NCBI RefSeq assembly: GCF_988243305.1
Contig: NZ_OZ547136.1
Strand: one strand, 5' to 3'
Length of the DNA: 64,000 bases
Positions 11,325 through 23,860 of this stretch are shown piece after piece; position 1 is the stretch's first letter, and every line of letters begins with the position of its first letter. The position numbers and the translations under genes were made by a program. The notes under the pieces were generated by a model. It searched no databases. It was given only the letters and a program-made list of their open reading frames with translations, and had not been told where the DNA came from.

Positions 11325-11348
11325 CGACAAGCGGGGGTTCGAAGAGGA
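11325..11348 (-). terminator. Intrinsic terminator downstream of zipA
   Basis: Hairpin cccccg-acaag-cggggg followed on the minus strand by TTTTT. Confidence 0.6.
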
Positions 11349-11368
11349 GTTAATTTGCCTTAAGTGTA

Positions 11369-12355
11369 TCAGGCGTTGGCGTCTTTGACTTCGCGGATGA
11401 TGTCCTGGTACTCGCGCAATTTCTGCGGAGTCATCATACGGCGCTGATCGTCAAGCACTACACCGCCCACTTCATCGGCAATATGCTGCGCAGATTGCAG
11501 CATCAGCTTGAAGTTCTGCAGCTCGTCACCGTAAGACGGTACCTGCATAAAGATAGTGACACCCGGAGTAGTGAAATCCTTCATTTCAGGATCAAAGGTT
11601 CCCGGTTTCACCATATTCGCCAGGCTGAATAACGCCGGGCCGCTGCCATCCGGGCTAAGATGACGATGGTAAATATTCATATCGCCAAAAATGAAGCCCG
11701 CTTGTTGAATGCTGTTAAGAAGCAGTTCACCGTTTAGCTCGCTACCGTGATGCGCCGCGACGTTCATGATAATCACCGCTTCTTTGCGCTTCGGTTTATC
11801 CATAACTGGAGCCGGTTCCGCTACAGGCTCAGGCTGTGGTGCCGCTACGGGTTCTGCAGGCTGGAAAGCCTGTTGTGCCGGTTGCGGTGCTGAATGCACT
11901 GGCTGCGGCGCTGACGCGACTTGTGGCGAAACTGGCTGCTGCAACGGCTGTTCAGGCTGCGGCTGATAGGCAGGCTGCTGCACCGGCTGCGCTGGACGCG
12001 GAGCATGTTGCGGCGGTACCTGCGCTTCAGGCGGCTGCTGGACCGGTTGACGCGGCTGCGCAGACGCATAAGGCGGTTGGTACTGGTGTTGCGGCGACGG
12101 ACGAGCAGCCTCATGCTCCTGGGCGTTAGCCGGGGCATGATTCACGCGGTGAACACGAACCTCACCAACGCCCTCATCATCTTCGACATCCTCGTCATAA
12201 GAATCGTCGTCACGTTTTGACTTCATTCGTTTTAATGGCCGATCGCGGAACATAGAAGATCGTTCTTTACGGCTGGTCCAGAAACCATGTACCAGTAAAG
12301 CGATTATGGCGATCGCGCCAACAATGATTAATATCAGACGCAAATCCTGCATCAT
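11369..12355 (-). CDS. zipA: Cell division protein ZipA (FtsZ membrane tether)
   Basis: 328 aa from [18 protein letters not shown] (N-terminal TM anchor), long P/Q-rich linker, C-terminal FtsZ-binding domain; ORF track starts 17 codons upstream. Confidence 0.93.
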   Translation of the reverse strand: MMQDLRLILIIVGAIAIIALLVHGFWTSRKERSSMFRDRPLKRMKSKRDDDSYDEDVEDDEGVGEVRVHRVNHAPANAQEHEAARPSPQHQYQPPYASAQPRQPVQQPPEAQVPPQHAPRPAQPVQQPAYQPQPEQPLQQPVSPQVASAPQPVHSAPQPAQQAFQPAEPVAAPQPEPVAEPAPVMDKPKRKEAVIIMNVAAHHGSELNGELLLNSIQQAGFIFGDMNIYHRHLSPDGSGPALFSLANMVKPGTFDPEMKDFTTPGVTIFMQVPSYGDELQNFKLMLQSAQHIADEVGGVVLDDQRRMMTPQKLREYQDIIREVKDANA

Positions 12356-12584
12356 TATATTCTCTGTTGTTCTAACACCTTGCCACCACGGCAAACATTT
12401 ACTCACTAAGAGTATTTGCCGATTACCTCAAGTGCAAGTGCACTATTAACTTTCACAGCACAAAGATAGATGAAATCGTGCTTTTTGCTGTTTTTTCGAA
12501 CATATCCTAACTGTCCATTGCGCAATTACCCGGTAAAATACGCAGAATTTTCCTGGGATTGGTCAAAAGGAGCTCATCCTGATT

Positions 12585-13346
12585 ATGGTTTCATCATTCA
12601 CATCTGCCCCACGCAGCGGTTTTTACTATTTTGCGCAAGGCTGGAAGCTCGTCTCGCAACCTGGGATTCGGCGTTTCGTTATTTTACCGCTGCTGGTCAA
12701 TATTTTGTTGATGGGGGGCGCATTCTGGTGGCTCTTTACGCAACTCGATGTCTGGATCCCGACTCTCATGAGTTATGTTCCGGACTGGTTACAATGGCTG
12801 AGCTATCTGTTGTGGCCTCTGGCTGTCATCTCTGTGCTGTTAGTGTTTGGCTATTTCTTCTCAACGATTGCTAACTGGATTGCCGCTCCGTTCAATGGTT
12901 TATTGGCTGAACAACTGGAAGCACGATTGACTGGCGCTACACCGCCAGATACCGGGATTTTCGGTATCATGAAAGATGTGCCGCGAATCATGAAACGCGA
13001 ATGGCAAAAATTTGCCTGGTATCTGCCGCGCGCAATTGTATTGCTAATTCTTTACTTCATCCCTGGTATTGGGCAAACCGTCGCGCCGGTACTGTGGTTC
13101 CTGTTTAGCGCCTGGATGTTAGCCATCCAGTATTGCGATTACCCCTTCGATAACCACAAAGTGCCGTTTAAAGAGATGCGCACCGCCCTGCGCACACGCA
13201 AAATCACCAATATGCAGTTTGGTGCTTTAACCAGCCTGTTTACGATGATCCCTCTGCTTAATCTGTTCATCATGCCCGTTGCCGTTTGTGGTGCGACGGC
13301 GATGTGGGTCGATTGCTATCGCGATAAACACGCGATGTGGCGGTAA
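12585..13346 (+). CDS. cysZ: Sulfate transporter CysZ
   Basis: 253-aa membrane [23 protein letters not shown]..., upstream of cysK. Confidence 0.95.
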
Positions 13347-13530
13347 CAATCTACCGGTTATTTTGTAAACCGTTTGTGTGAAACAGGGGTGGCTTATGCC
13401 GCCCCTTATTCCATCTTGCATGTCATTATTTCCCTTCTGCATATAGATATGCTAAATCCTTACTTCCGCATATTCTCTGAGCGGGTATGCTACCTGTTGT
13501 ATCCCAATTTCATACAGTTAAGGACAGGCC

Positions 13531-14502
13531 ATGAGTAAGATTTTTGAAGATAACTCGCTGACTATCGGTCACACGCCGCTGGTTCGCCTGAATCGCATCG
13601 GTAACGGACGCATTCTGGCGAAGGTGGAATCTCGTAACCCCAGCTTCAGCGTTAAGTGCCGTATCGGTGCTAACATGATTTGGGATGCCGAAAAGCGCGG
13701 CGTGCTGAAACCAGGCGTTGAACTGGTTGAACCAACCAGCGGTAATACCGGGATTGCACTGGCCTATGTCGCTGCCGCTCGCGGTTACAAACTTACCCTG
13801 ACCATGCCAGAAACCATGAGTATTGAACGCCGCAAGCTGCTGAAAGCGTTAGGTGCAAACCTGGTGCTGACCGAAGGTGCTAAAGGCATGAAAGGCGCAA
13901 TCCAAAAAGCAGAAGAAATTGTCGCCAGCAATCCAGAGAAATACCTGCTGCTGCAACAATTCAGCAATCCGGCAAACCCTGAAATTCACGAAAAAACCAC
14001 CGGTCCGGAGATCTGGGAAGATACCGACGGTCAGGTTGATGTATTTATTGCTGGCGTTGGGACTGGCGGTACGCTGACTGGCGTCAGCCGCTACATTAAA
14101 GGCACCAAAGGCAAGACCGATCTTATCTCTGTCGCCGTTGAGCCAACCGATTCTCCAGTTATCGCCCAGGCGCTGGCAGGTGAAGAGATTAAACCTGGCC
14201 CGCATAAAATTCAGGGTATTGGCGCTGGTTTTATCCCGGCTAACCTCGATCTCAAGCTGGTCGATAAAGTCATTGGCATTACCAATGAAGAAGCCATTTC
14301 TACCGCCCGTCGTCTGATGGAAGAAGAAGGTATTCTTGCAGGTATCTCTTCTGGAGCAGCTGTTGCCGCGGCGTTGAAACTACAAGAAGATGAAAGCTTT
14401 ACCAACAAGAATATTGTGGTTATTCTACCGTCATCGGGTGAGCGTTATTTAAGCACCGCATTGTTTGCCGATCTCTTCACTGAGAAAGAATTGCAACAGT
14501 AA
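13531..14502 (+). CDS. cysK: Cysteine synthase A (O-acetylserine sulfhydrylase A)
   Basis: 323 aa; PLP lysine motif SVKCR; Gly-rich loop GTGGT. Confidence 0.97.
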   Translation: MSKIFEDNSLTIGHTPLVRLNRIGNGRILAKVESRNPSFSVKCRIGANMIWDAEKRGVLKPGVELVEPTSGNTGIALAYVAAARGYKLTLTMPETMSIERRKLLKALGANLVLTEGAKGMKGAIQKAEEIVASNPEKYLLLQQFSNPANPEIHEKTTGPEIWEDTDGQVDVFIAGVGTGGTLTGVSRYIKGTKGKTDLISVAVEPTDSPVIAQALAGEEIKPGPHKIQGIGAGFIPANLDLKLVDKVIGITNEEAISTARRLMEEEGILAGISSGAAVAAALKLQEDESFTNKNIVVILPSSGERYLSTALFADLFTEKELQQ

Positions 14503-14524
14503 TGCCAGCTTGTTAAAAATGCGT

Positions 14525-14553
14525 AAAAAAGCACCTTTTCAGGTGCTTTTTTG
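14525..14553 (+). terminator. Intrinsic terminator of cysK
   Basis: aaaagcacct-tttc-aggtgctttt hairpin with TTTTTT. Confidence 0.8.
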
Positions 14554-14885
14554 TGGCCTGCTTCAAACTTTCGCCCCTCCTGGCATTGATTCAGCCTGTC
14601 GGAACTGGTATTTAACCAGACTAATTATTTTGATGCGCGAAATTAATCGTTACAGGAAAAGCCAAAGCTGAATCGATTTTATGATTTGGTTCAATTCTTC
14701 CTTTAGCGGCATAATGTTTAATGACGTACGAAACGTCAGCGGTCAACACCCGCCAGCAATGGACTGTATTGCGCTCTTCGTGCGTCGCGTCTGTTAAAAA
14801 CTGGCGCTAACAATACAGGCTAAAGTCGAACCGCCAGGCTAGACTTTAGTTCCACAACACTAAACCTATAAGTTGGGGAAATACA

Positions 14886-15143
14886 ATGTTCCAGCAAGAA
14901 GTTACCATTACCGCTCCGAACGGTCTGCACACCCGCCCTGCTGCCCAGTTTGTAAAAGAAGCTAAGGGCTTCACTTCTGAAATTACTGTGACTTCCAACG
15001 GCAAAAGCGCCAGCGCGAAAAGCCTGTTTAAACTGCAGACTCTGGGCCTGACTCAAGGTACCGTTGTGACTATCTCCGCAGAAGGCGAAGACGAGCAGAA
15101 AGCGGTTGAACATCTGGTTAAACTGATGGCGGAACTCGAGTAA
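14886..15143 (+). CDS. ptsH: PTS phosphocarrier protein HPr
   Basis: 85 aa [23 protein letters not shown] with the active-site His region. Confidence 0.98.
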
Positions 15144-15187
15144 TTTCCCGGGTTCTTTTAAAAATCAGTCACAAGTAAGGTAGGGTT

Positions 15188-16915
15188 ATGATTTCAGGCA
15201 TTTTAGCATCCCCGGGTATCGCTTTCGGTAAAGCTCTGCTTCTGAAAGAAGACGAAATTGTCATTGACCGGAAAAAAATTTCTGCCGACCAGGTTGATCA
15301 GGAAGTTGAACGTTTTCTGAGCGGTCGTGCCAAGGCATCAGCCCAGCTGGAAACGATCAAAACGAAAGCTGGTGAAACGTTCGGTGAAGAAAAAGAAGCC
15401 ATCTTTGAAGGGCATATTATGCTGCTCGAAGATGAGGAGCTGGAGCAGGAAATCATAGCCCTGATTAAAGATAAGCACATGACAGCGGACGCAGCTGCTC
15501 ATGAAGTTATCGAAGGTCAGGCTTCTGCCCTGGAAGAGCTGGATGATGAATACCTGAAAGAACGTGCGGCTGACGTACGTGATATCGGTAAGCGCCTGCT
15601 GCGCAACATCCTGGGCCTGAAGATTATCGACCTGAGCGCCATTCAGGATGAAGTCATTCTGGTTGCCGCTGACCTGACGCCGTCCGAAACTGCACAGCTG
15701 AACCTGAAGAAGGTGCTGGGTTTCATCACCGACGCGGGTGGCCGTACTTCCCACACCTCTATCATGGCGCGTTCTCTGGAACTGCCTGCTATCGTGGGTA
15801 CCGGTAGCGTCACCTCTCAGGTGAAAAATGACGACTATCTGATTCTGGATGCCGTAAATAATCAGGTTTACGTCAATCCAACCAACGAAGTTATTGATAA
15901 GATGCGCGCTGTTCAGGAGCAAGTGGCTTCTGAAAAAGCAGAGCTTGCTAAACTGAAAGATCTGCCAGCTATTACGCTGGACGGTCACCAGGTAGAAGTG
16001 TGCGCTAACATTGGTACGGTTCGTGACGTTGAAGGTGCAGAGCGTAACGGCGCTGAAGGCGTTGGTCTGTATCGTACTGAGTTTCTGTTCATGGACCGCG
16101 ACGCGCTGCCCACTGAAGAAGAACAGTTTGCTGCTTACAAAGCAGTGGCTGAAGCGTGTGGCTCGCAGGCGGTTATCGTTCGTACCATGGACATCGGCGG
16201 CGACAAAGAGCTGCCATACATGAACTTCCCGAAAGAAGAGAACCCGTTCCTCGGCTGGCGCGCTATCCGTATCGCGATGGATCGTAAAGAGATCCTGCGC
16301 GATCAGCTCCGCGCTATCCTGCGTGCCTCGGCTTTCGGTAAATTGCGCATTATGTTCCCGATGATCATCTCTGTTGAAGAAGTACGTGCACTGCGCAAAG
16401 AGATCGAAATCTACAAACAGGAACTGCGCGACGAAGGTAAAGCGTTTGACGAGTCTATTGAAATCGGCGTAATGGTGGAAACACCGGCTGCCGCAACAAT
16501 TGCACGTCATTTAGCCAAAGAAGTTGATTTCTTTAGTATCGGCACCAATGATTTAACGCAGTACACTCTGGCAGTTGACCGTGGTAATGATATGATTTCA
16601 CACCTTTACCAGCCAATGTCACCGTCCGTGCTGAACTTGATCAAGCAAGTTATTGATGCTTCTCATGCTGAAGGCAAATGGACTGGCATGTGTGGTGAGC
16701 TTGCAGGCGACGAACGTGCTACACTTCTGTTGCTGGGGATGGGTCTGGACGAATTCTCTATGAGCGCCATTTCTATCCCGCGCATTAAGAAGATTATCCG
16801 TAACACGAACTTCGAAGATGCGAAGGTGTTAGCAGAGCAGGCTCTTGCTCAACCGACAACGGACGAGTTAATGACGCTGGTTAACAAGTTCATTGAAGAA
16901 AAAACAATCTGCTAA
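15188..16915 (+). CDS. ptsI: PTS enzyme I
   Basis: 575 aa; phosphohistidine motif [12 protein letters not shown]; PEP-utilising C-terminal domain. Confidence 0.98.
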   Translation: MISGILASPGIAFGKALLLKEDEIVIDRKKISADQVDQEVERFLSGRAKASAQLETIKTKAGETFGEEKEAIFEGHIMLLEDEELEQEIIALIKDKHMTADAAAHEVIEGQASALEELDDEYLKERAADVRDIGKRLLRNILGLKIIDLSAIQDEVILVAADLTPSETAQLNLKKVLGFITDAGGRTSHTSIMARSLELPAIVGTGSVTSQVKNDDYLILDAVNNQVYVNPTNEVIDKMRAVQEQVASEKAELAKLKDLPAITLDGHQVEVCANIGTVRDVEGAERNGAEGVGLYRTEFLFMDRDALPTEEEQFAAYKAVAEACGSQAVIVRTMDIGGDKELPYMNFPKEENPFLGWRAIRIAMDRKEILRDQLRAILRASAFGKLRIMFPMIISVEEVRALRKEIEIYKQELRDEGKAFDESIEIGVMVETPAAATIARHLAKEVDFFSIGTNDLTQYTLAVDRGNDMISHLYQPMSPSVLNLIKQVIDASHAEGKWTGMCGELAGDERATLLLLGMGLDEFSMSAISIPRIKKIIRNTNFEDAKVLAEQALAQPTTDELMTLVNKFIEEKTIC

Positions 16916-16955
16916 TCCACGAGATGCGGCCCAATTTACTGCTTAGGAGAAGATC

Positions 16956-17465
16956 ATGGGTTTGTTCGATAAACTGAAATCTCTGGTTTCCGACGACAAG
17001 AAGGATACCGGAACTATTGAGATCATTGCTCCGCTCTCTGGCGAGATCGTCAATATCGAAGACGTGCCGGATGTCGTTTTTGCGGAAAAAATCGTTGGTG
17101 ATGGCATTGCTATCAAACCAACTGGAAACAAAATGGTCGCGCCTGTAGACGGCACCATTGGTAAAATCTTTGAAACCAACCACGCGTTCTCTATCGAATC
17201 TGATAGCGGCGTTGAACTGTTCGTCCACTTCGGTATCGACACCGTTGAACTGAAAGGCGAAGGCTTCAAGCGTATTGCTGAAGAAGGTCAGCGCGTGAAA
17301 GTTGGCGATACTGTCATTGAATTTGATCTGCCGCTGCTGGAAGAGAAAGCCAAGTCTACCCTGACTCCGGTTGTTATCTCCAACATGGACGAAATCAAAG
17401 AACTGATCAAACTGTCCGGTAGCGTAACCGTGGGTGAAACCCCGGTTATCCGCATCAAGAAGTAA
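16956..17465 (+). CDS. crr: PTS glucose-specific EIIA component
   Basis: 169 aa [39 protein letters not shown]... Confidence 0.98.
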
Positions 17466-17480
17466 TTCTTGCCGCAGTGA

Positions 17481-17506
17481 AAAATGGCGCCCATCGGCGC
17501 CATTTT
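17481..17506. terminator. Bidirectional terminator between crr and pdxK
   Basis: aatggcgcc-catc-ggcgccatt hairpin flanked by A-run and T-run; overlaps the pdxK stop. Confidence 0.75.
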
Positions 17507-18358
17507 TTATGCTTCCGCCAGCGGCGGCAAAATCAATTCATCGCTCTCATGCTGCTGGGTGTAGCGCATCACTTCCAGTACGCGTAATCCCGCGCTATGT
17601 ACCGCGTCAGTTAATTCCTTACCTTTCAACAAGCCACTGATAAGCTGAGCACAAAACAGGTCGCCAGTCCCTTTCAGGTCAGTTTTAACCCGTGAATGGG
17701 AAATGACATTCACGCTGTCGGCACTGACCACCACCACCTGCATCTCCTGATTTTCTTCATTACCGGAGGCGCTGGTAATCACCACCCATTTTAATGTGTC
17801 TGAAAGCAGACTTTTTGCGGCAGCAATGGCACTGTCGAGATCGCGGCAATTTTTACCGGTCAGGATTTCCAGCTCAAAGATATTGGGGGTAATTCCCTGC
17901 GCTAGCGGCAGTAAATATTGTCGATACGCCTCGGGAAGGTCAGGTTTGACATAAATTCCGCTATCAATATCGCCAATCACCGGATCGACCATGATCAATA
18001 GGTCAGGATGGTCTTTGCGTAGTGCAGTCAGCCACTCGGCAAGGATTTTGATTTGCGATGCCGTTCCCATATAGCCCGTGGTTACAGCTCGAAGTTGGCG
18101 CAGCGCATCACGCTCCTGAAGCGCACGCAAATAGCCGCTAAACCATTCGTCCGGAATCGCACCACCGTAGAAAGTGTCATAATGCGGTGTATTGCTCAGC
18201 AATACCGTCGGCACGGCAAAGACATTCAGGCCGTTCTGTTTGATAGCAGGCACGGCAATGCTGTTGCCTACGCTGCCGTACACTACCTGCGACTGCACGG
18301 CGACGATATCCGCCTGCAATGCCCTGCTCTTATCGTTAAACAACAACAAACTACTCAT
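17507..18358 (-). CDS. pdxK: Pyridoxal/pyridoxine/pyridoxamine kinase
   Basis: 283-aa ribokinase-superfamily ORF; recognised as PdxK. Confidence 0.93.
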   Translation of the reverse strand: MSSLLLFNDKSRALQADIVAVQSQVVYGSVGNSIAVPAIKQNGLNVFAVPTVLLSNTPHYDTFYGGAIPDEWFSGYLRALQERDALRQLRAVTTGYMGTASQIKILAEWLTALRKDHPDLLIMVDPVIGDIDSGIYVKPDLPEAYRQYLLPLAQGITPNIFELEILTGKNCRDLDSAIAAAKSLLSDTLKWVVITSASGNEENQEMQVVVVSADSVNVISHSRVKTDLKGTGDLFCAQLISGLLKGKELTDAVHSAGLRVLEVMRYTQQHESDELILPPLAEA

Positions 18359-18399
18359 TTAATTTTTTCTCCTTGCCGATGATCCTCATCGTATTCCAG

Positions 18400-18831
<432 letters not shown>

Positions 18832-18833
18832 TC

Positions 18834-19745
18834 TTAAATCCCCGCCCCCTGGCTAAAGTGTTCTTCCCCAAACACGCCGGTGGAGAGGTAGCGATCGCCG
18901 CGATCGCAGATGATCGCCACAACCACCGCGCCGGGGTTAGCTTTTGCCACGCGCAGTGCTCCGGCAACCGCGCCGCCGGAGCTAACGCCACAGAATATTC
19001 CTTCCCGCACCGCCAGTTCACGCATGGTGTTTTCCGCATCGCTCTGATGAATATCCAGCACCTCATCCACCAGCGAAGCGTTGAAAATCCCCGGCAGATA
19101 TTCCGCAGGCCAGCGGCGAATGCCGGGAATGCTACTGCCCTCTTCCGGCTGCAGGCCAACAATGGTCACCGGTTTGGATTGTTCGCGCATAAAGCGTGAA
19201 ACGCCGGTGATAGTGCCGGTTGTTCCCATGCTGGAGACAAAATGGGTAATGCGCCCGCCGGTTTGCTGCCAGATTTCCGGCCCGGTGGTGGTGTAATGGG
19301 CGTAAGGGTTATCAGGATTATTGAACTGATCGAGCAGCTTTCCTTCGCCACGATTCGCCATCTCCAGCGCCAGATCGCGCGCACCTTCCATGCCCTGCTC
19401 TTTGGTGACAAGAATCAGTTCCGCACCATAAGCACGCATCGCCGCACGGCGTTCCTGGCTCATGTTGTCGGGCATCAGCAATTTCATGCGATAGCCTTTA
19501 AGCGCGGCAATCATTGCCAGCGCAATGCCGGTGTTACCACTGGTGGCTTCGATCAGCACGTCACCCGGTTTAATTTCCCCGCGCTTTTCCGCCTCGACGA
19601 TCATCGAAAGCGCCGCACGATCTTTCACCGAACCTGCCGGGTTATTGCCTTCCAGTTTTAACCACACTTCACTGCCGTTATCCGGCCCCATTCGCTGCAA
19701 CTTCACCAGAGGCGTATTGCCAATTGTTTGTTCTAATGTACTCAC
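18834..19745 (-). CDS. cysM: Cysteine synthase B (O-acetylserine sulfhydrylase B)
   Basis: 303 aa from GTG (VSTLEQTIGNTPLVKLQRM); PLP lysine motif GSVKDR; last gene of cysPUWAM. Confidence 0.95.
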   Translation of the reverse strand: MSTLEQTIGNTPLVKLQRMGPDNGSEVWLKLEGNNPAGSVKDRAALSMIVEAEKRGEIKPGDVLIEATSGNTGIALAMIAALKGYRMKLLMPDNMSQERRAAMRAYGAELILVTKEQGMEGARDLALEMANRGEGKLLDQFNNPDNPYAHYTTTGPEIWQQTGGRITHFVSSMGTTGTITGVSRFMREQSKPVTIVGLQPEEGSSIPGIRRWPAEYLPGIFNASLVDEVLDIHQSDAENTMRELAVREGIFCGVSSGGAVAGALRVAKANPGAVVVAIICDRGDRYLSTGVFGEEHFSQGAGI

Positions 19746-19767
19746 GATCTCTATCCATACGTGGTGT

Positions 19768-19805
19768 TGCCTGATGCGACGCTTGCGCGTCTTATCAGGC
19801 CTACA
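19768..19805. repeat. REP (palindromic unit) in the cysA-cysM spacer
   Basis: gcctgatgcgacgcttgcgcgtcttatcaggcctaca, classical REP-type palindrome; a second hairpin gcccgga...tccgggc follows at about 19829-19858. Confidence 0.7.
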
Positions 19806-19878
19806 GGTTACAAACCTTGCCATTAAAAAGCCCGGATCGCGGGAAGCGCCTCCGGGCGTTTAACATTCACTCAACCTA

Positions 19879-20976
19879 TCAGGCGCTTTGTGCGAGAGCA
19901 AGTTCCTCATCGCGGGTTTCAATACGCTCGTCGCCGTTATACAGCCGCGCATGTTGCAGACCAACGAATAAACGCTCGCCACGTTGCGGGGCGTCGTCGC
20001 CGTGCATCACGACCGTCAGCGCTTCGTTGTACCACCCCAGCGGCTGCACGACTAATTGGGTGTAGTGGCCTTTCGGGCTGGCTTCCAGTACCTGTACCGG
20101 CAGCGGCGAATCGAGGCTGGTACGGCGGCTGATATCCACTTCCCACGGGCGCAGGAAGAGATCCACCGGCCCCTGATACGCAGGTGTATAGCCCAGCGGC
20201 CAGCGATGTGCGCCAACATGGAACTGCCCGCCGCGAATGGTTCCCTGCAGGCGGTTCACTTCGCCCATAAATTCGAGCACAAAGCGGGTCGCTGGTTCGC
20301 GCCATACCTGATCCGGCGCATCAGCCTGCTCGATATTGCCCTGGCTCATCACCACTACACGATCGGCTACTTCGGTCGCTTCTTCCTGGTCATGGGTCAC
20401 GAATACGCTGGTAAATTTCAGTTCTTCATGCAGTTGACGCAACCAGCGACGCAGCTCTTTACGCACCTGCGCATCCAGCGCGCCAAACGGTTCATCAAGC
20501 AGCAGAATTTGCGGTTCTACAGCAAGCGCACGCGCCAGCGCCACACGCTGTTTCTGCCCGCCGGAAAGCTGCGCCGGATAACGATCCGCCAGATGGGCAA
20601 GCTGGACCATCTCGAGCAATTTTGTCACTTTCGCTTTGATAGCTGCGGCATTCGGGCGCTCGCGACGCGGCAGCACCGTCAGGCCAAAAGCGATATTGTC
20701 GAACACCGTCATATGGCGGAACAGCGCGTAATGCTGAAACACGAAACCGACTTTACGATCGCGCGCATGCAGGCGGCTGACGTCGGTGCCGTGGAAGCGA
20801 ATATGCCCGCTGGTTTGATGCTCAAGCCCGGCGATAATCCGCAGCAGCGTGGTTTTCCCGGAACCAGACGGCCCCAGCAATGCGACCATCTGACCAGAAG
20901 GAATATCCAGTGAGATATCGTTCAGCACCTGGGTGCGACCAAACGACTTCTTAATATTGGCAATCTCAATGCTCAT
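19879..20976 (-). CDS. cysA: Sulfate/thiosulfate ABC transporter ATPase
   Basis: 365 aa; Walker [13 protein letters not shown] signature [15 protein letters not shown]. Confidence 0.97.
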   Translation of the reverse strand: MSIEIANIKKSFGRTQVLNDISLDIPSGQMVALLGPSGSGKTTLLRIIAGLEHQTSGHIRFHGTDVSRLHARDRKVGFVFQHYALFRHMTVFDNIAFGLTVLPRRERPNAAAIKAKVTKLLEMVQLAHLADRYPAQLSGGQKQRVALARALAVEPQILLLDEPFGALDAQVRKELRRWLRQLHEELKFTSVFVTHDQEEATEVADRVVVMSQGNIEQADAPDQVWREPATRFVLEFMGEVNRLQGTIRGGQFHVGAHRWPLGYTPAYQGPVDLFLRPWEVDISRRTSLDSPLPVQVLEASPKGHYTQLVVQPLGWYNEALTVVMHGDDAPQRGERLFVGLQHARLYNGDERIETRDEELALAQSA

Positions 20977-21841
20977 GATGTTCCTCCTGCTGCGCGCGTT
21001 TTTCCTGATTCTCCAGACGCCACTGCAACATACTCTTTAAAAACAGGGTGATAATCGCCATCAGCGTCAACAACGCGGCAGCGGTAAAGGAGCCGACGGT
21101 GTTGTAGTCTTGCTCCAGCAATTCAATCTGTAGCGGCAGCGAAAGTGTTTCGCCGCGAATCGAGCCGGAAACCACCGACACCGCACCAAACTCGCCAATC
21201 GCGCGGGCGTTGGTCAGCACCACGCCATAAAGCAGCGCCCAGCGGATGTTCGGCAGCGTGACGCGGCGAAACATCTGCCAGCCAGACGCGCCAAGCAAAA
21301 TCGCCGCTTCGTCTTCCTGGCTGCCCTGGCTTAACATCACCGGCACCAGCTCACGCACCACAAACGGACACGTCACGAAGATGGTGACCAGCACCATTCC
21401 CGGCCAGGAGAACATAATTTGCAGATTATGTTCATCCAGCCAGCCACCGAGCGGGCCGTTAGAGCCGTAAAACAGCAGATACACCAGACCGGCAACCACC
21501 GGCGACACGGCAAACGGAATGTCCAGCAGCGTCAGCAGCAACTGGCGTCCGGGGAAGTTAAAGCGCGTCACCAGCCAGGCCAGCAGAATGCCGAACACCA
21601 GGTTCACCGGCACGGCAATCAGCGCAATCATCACCGTCAGCCAGATGGCGTGCAGCATGTCCGGATCGGCCAGATTCTGTAAAACTGGCATCAGCCCTTT
21701 GCTGAATGCCTGCACGAAGATGTAAATCATCGGCACCAGCAGGATGAACGCCGAAACCAGCATCCCGATGCCAATCAGAAACCATTTGCCCCAGTTAATC
21801 GGGCGCGCGTCATAACGCTTCAATTGGGTAACTTCCGCCAT
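20966..21841 (-). CDS. cysW: Sulfate/thiosulfate ABC transporter permease
   Basis: 291-aa membrane ORF overlapping cysA by 11 nt. Confidence 0.95.
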   Translation of the reverse strand: MAEVTQLKRYDARPINWGKWFLIGIGMLVSAFILLVPMIYIFVQAFSKGLMPVLQNLADPDMLHAIWLTVMIALIAVPVNLVFGILLAWLVTRFNFPGRQLLLTLLDIPFAVSPVVAGLVYLLFYGSNGPLGGWLDEHNLQIMFSWPGMVLVTIFVTCPFVVRELVPVMLSQGSQEDEAAILLGASGWQMFRRVTLPNIRWALLYGVVLTNARAIGEFGAVSVVSGSIRGETLSLPLQIELLEQDYNTVGSFTAAALLTLMAIITLFLKSMLQWRLENQEKRAQQEEHHEH

Positions 21842-22674
21842 TAATGACCTACCACACGCCGACCAAAGCGACTTTGCAGAGTGTTAATTGAGAACAGCAG
21901 CAGCAGGGATGCCGCGAGGATCACCGAAGCAATCGCGCTCGCCGCCGGGTAATCAAACTCCTGCAAGCGCACAAAAATCATCAGCGACGTCACTTCCGTC
22001 TTCCAGGCAATGTTCCCGGCGATAAAAATTACCGCGCCAAACTCACCGAGGCTGCGGGTAAACGACAGCGCCACGCCCGCCACCAGCGCCGGAGAAAGCT
22101 CCGGCAGCACCACTTTGCAGAAACTCTGCCAGCGCGTTGCGCCGAGCGTTTCCGCCGCTTCTTCATATTCCGGGCCTAACTCTTCCAGCACCGGCTGCAC
22201 GGTACGCACCACAAACGGAATACTGGTAAAAGCCATCGCCACCGCAATCCCCAGCCAGGTATAGGTAACTTTGATATCAAACTTCGCCAGCCATTCACCG
22301 TAAAAACCGTTCACGGAAAAGAGCGAGGCCAGCGTCAAACCGGCGACTGCCGTTGGCAGCGCAAAGGGTAAATCCATCAGCGCATCAAGCAGCGTGCGGC
22401 CCGGAAAGCGATAACGGGTTAAGATCCACGCCATCAGCAGGCCGAAAACGCCGTTAAAAATTGATGCCACAAACGCCGACAGCAGCGTCACTTTGTAGGC
22501 CGCGACCACTTGTGGGTTGGTGATCACCTCCCAGTACTGCGCCCAGCTCATCTGAGCCAGCTGCATCACCAGCGCGGAGAGCGGCAGCAGCAAAATAAGG
22601 CACACAAACAGCAGACTGGTGCCGAGGCTTAAGGTAAAGCCCGGCAGCACGCGTCTTGATGAAACTGCAAACAT
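21841..22674 (-). CDS. cysU: Sulfate/thiosulfate ABC transporter permease
   Basis: 277-aa membrane ORF; TAATG stop/start overlap with both neighbours. Confidence 0.95.
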   Translation of the reverse strand: MFAVSSRRVLPGFTLSLGTSLLFVCLILLLPLSALVMQLAQMSWAQYWEVITNPQVVAAYKVTLLSAFVASIFNGVFGLLMAWILTRYRFPGRTLLDALMDLPFALPTAVAGLTLASLFSVNGFYGEWLAKFDIKVTYTWLGIAVAMAFTSIPFVVRTVQPVLEELGPEYEEAAETLGATRWQSFCKVVLPELSPALVAGVALSFTRSLGEFGAVIFIAGNIAWKTEVTSLMIFVRLQEFDYPAASAIASVILAASLLLLFSINTLQSRFGRRVVGH

Positions 22675-23690
22675 TAATTACGCCCCGCCGCTAACAGCTT
22701 GTCTAACTCGCCGCCGCTGGTGAAGTGGGTTTTCATCACTTCCGGCCAGGAGCCAAATTTGTCTTCCACGCGGAACAGTTCGGTCTGCGGGAATTTGTCT
22801 TTCAGTTTGTCCATGACTTCCGGGTTATTTACGCGGTAGTAATAGTCGGTGATGATGGTTTGCGCCTGCGGGCTGTAGAGCCAGTTCAGGTAAGCTTTTG
22901 CTGTTTTTTCCGTACCGTTGGCCTGCACGTTTTTATCGACCCACGCCACCGGGAATTCCGCCAGAATATTGGTTTTCGGAATCACCACTTCAAAGCCTTG
23001 CGCTTCATACTGTTTGCGAATGTTGTTCACTTCCGATTCAAAGCTAATCAGTACATCGCCCAGCCCGCGCTCGGCAAAAGTGGTGGTCGCGCCACGACCG
23101 CCGGTATCGAACACTTCAACGTTTTTCAGGAACTGGGTCATAAACTGTTCGGTTTTGGCTTTGTCGCCACCGTCAGCTTTATCCGCTGCGCCCCATGCCG
23201 CCAGATAGGTATAACGCGCGTTACCCGACGTTTTCGGATTCGGGAAAATCAGCTTCACGTCGGAGCGCACGAGGTCGTTCCAGTCGTGAATATTCTTCGG
23301 GTTGCCCTTACGCACCAGGAAGCCCATGGTGGAGTAGAACGGCGAGCTATTATTCGGCAGGCGCGACTGCCAGTCGGCCGGGATCAGCTTGCCTTTATCG
23401 TGCAGGATTTGTACGTCGGTCACCTGGTTATAAGTGACAACGTCGGCTTTTAAGCCCTGTAAAATCGCCAGCGCCTGTTTTGATGACCCGGCATGTGATT
23501 GTTTTATCGTCAGTTTGTCGCCGCCGTTATCTTTTGCCCATTGTTGCTCAAACGGCGGATTCAGGGCGGCAAACAGCTCGCGGGAGACGTCATAAGAACT
23601 GTTCAGCAGTTCCGTTGCCTGTACATGGCCCGCCAGCAGCAGAGAAGCGACCAGCGCGAGTGAGTTCTTTTTCAGTAAGTTAACGGCCAT
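22674..23690 (-). CDS. cysP: Thiosulfate/sulfate periplasmic binding protein
   Basis: 338 aa with signal peptide [25 protein letters not shown]. Confidence 0.95.
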   Translation of the reverse strand: MAVNLLKKNSLALVASLLLAGHVQATELLNSSYDVSRELFAALNPPFEQQWAKDNGGDKLTIKQSHAGSSKQALAILQGLKADVVTYNQVTDVQILHDKGKLIPADWQSRLPNNSSPFYSTMGFLVRKGNPKNIHDWNDLVRSDVKLIFPNPKTSGNARYTYLAAWGAADKADGGDKAKTEQFMTQFLKNVEVFDTGGRGATTTFAERGLGDVLISFESEVNNIRKQYEAQGFEVVIPKTNILAEFPVAWVDKNVQANGTEKTAKAYLNWLYSPQAQTIITDYYYRVNNPEVMDKLKDKFPQTELFRVEDKFGSWPEVMKTHFTSGGELDKLLAAGRN

Positions 23691-23860
23691 TGCGCACCCT
23701 TATAAATTTAATGACTTTCTAATAGCCATCATATTTATAACGGACGTGAAAGGAGTAACGGTTTTATATACCGTTTGGTGATTTGGAAGTTGAAAAGGGA
23801 ATAAGAACCGGGTTCAAGACGAAATCCTCCCCACAAATGCAGGGAGGAAACAGAGGTGAA

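Noticed and set aside
11766-12220. Cluster of overlapping ORFs on both strands with Gly/Cys/Ala/Arg-rich translations
   Set aside because: They arise from the repetitive GC-rich codons of the ZipA Pro/Gln-rich linker (CAG/CCG repeats); only the zipA frame is real.
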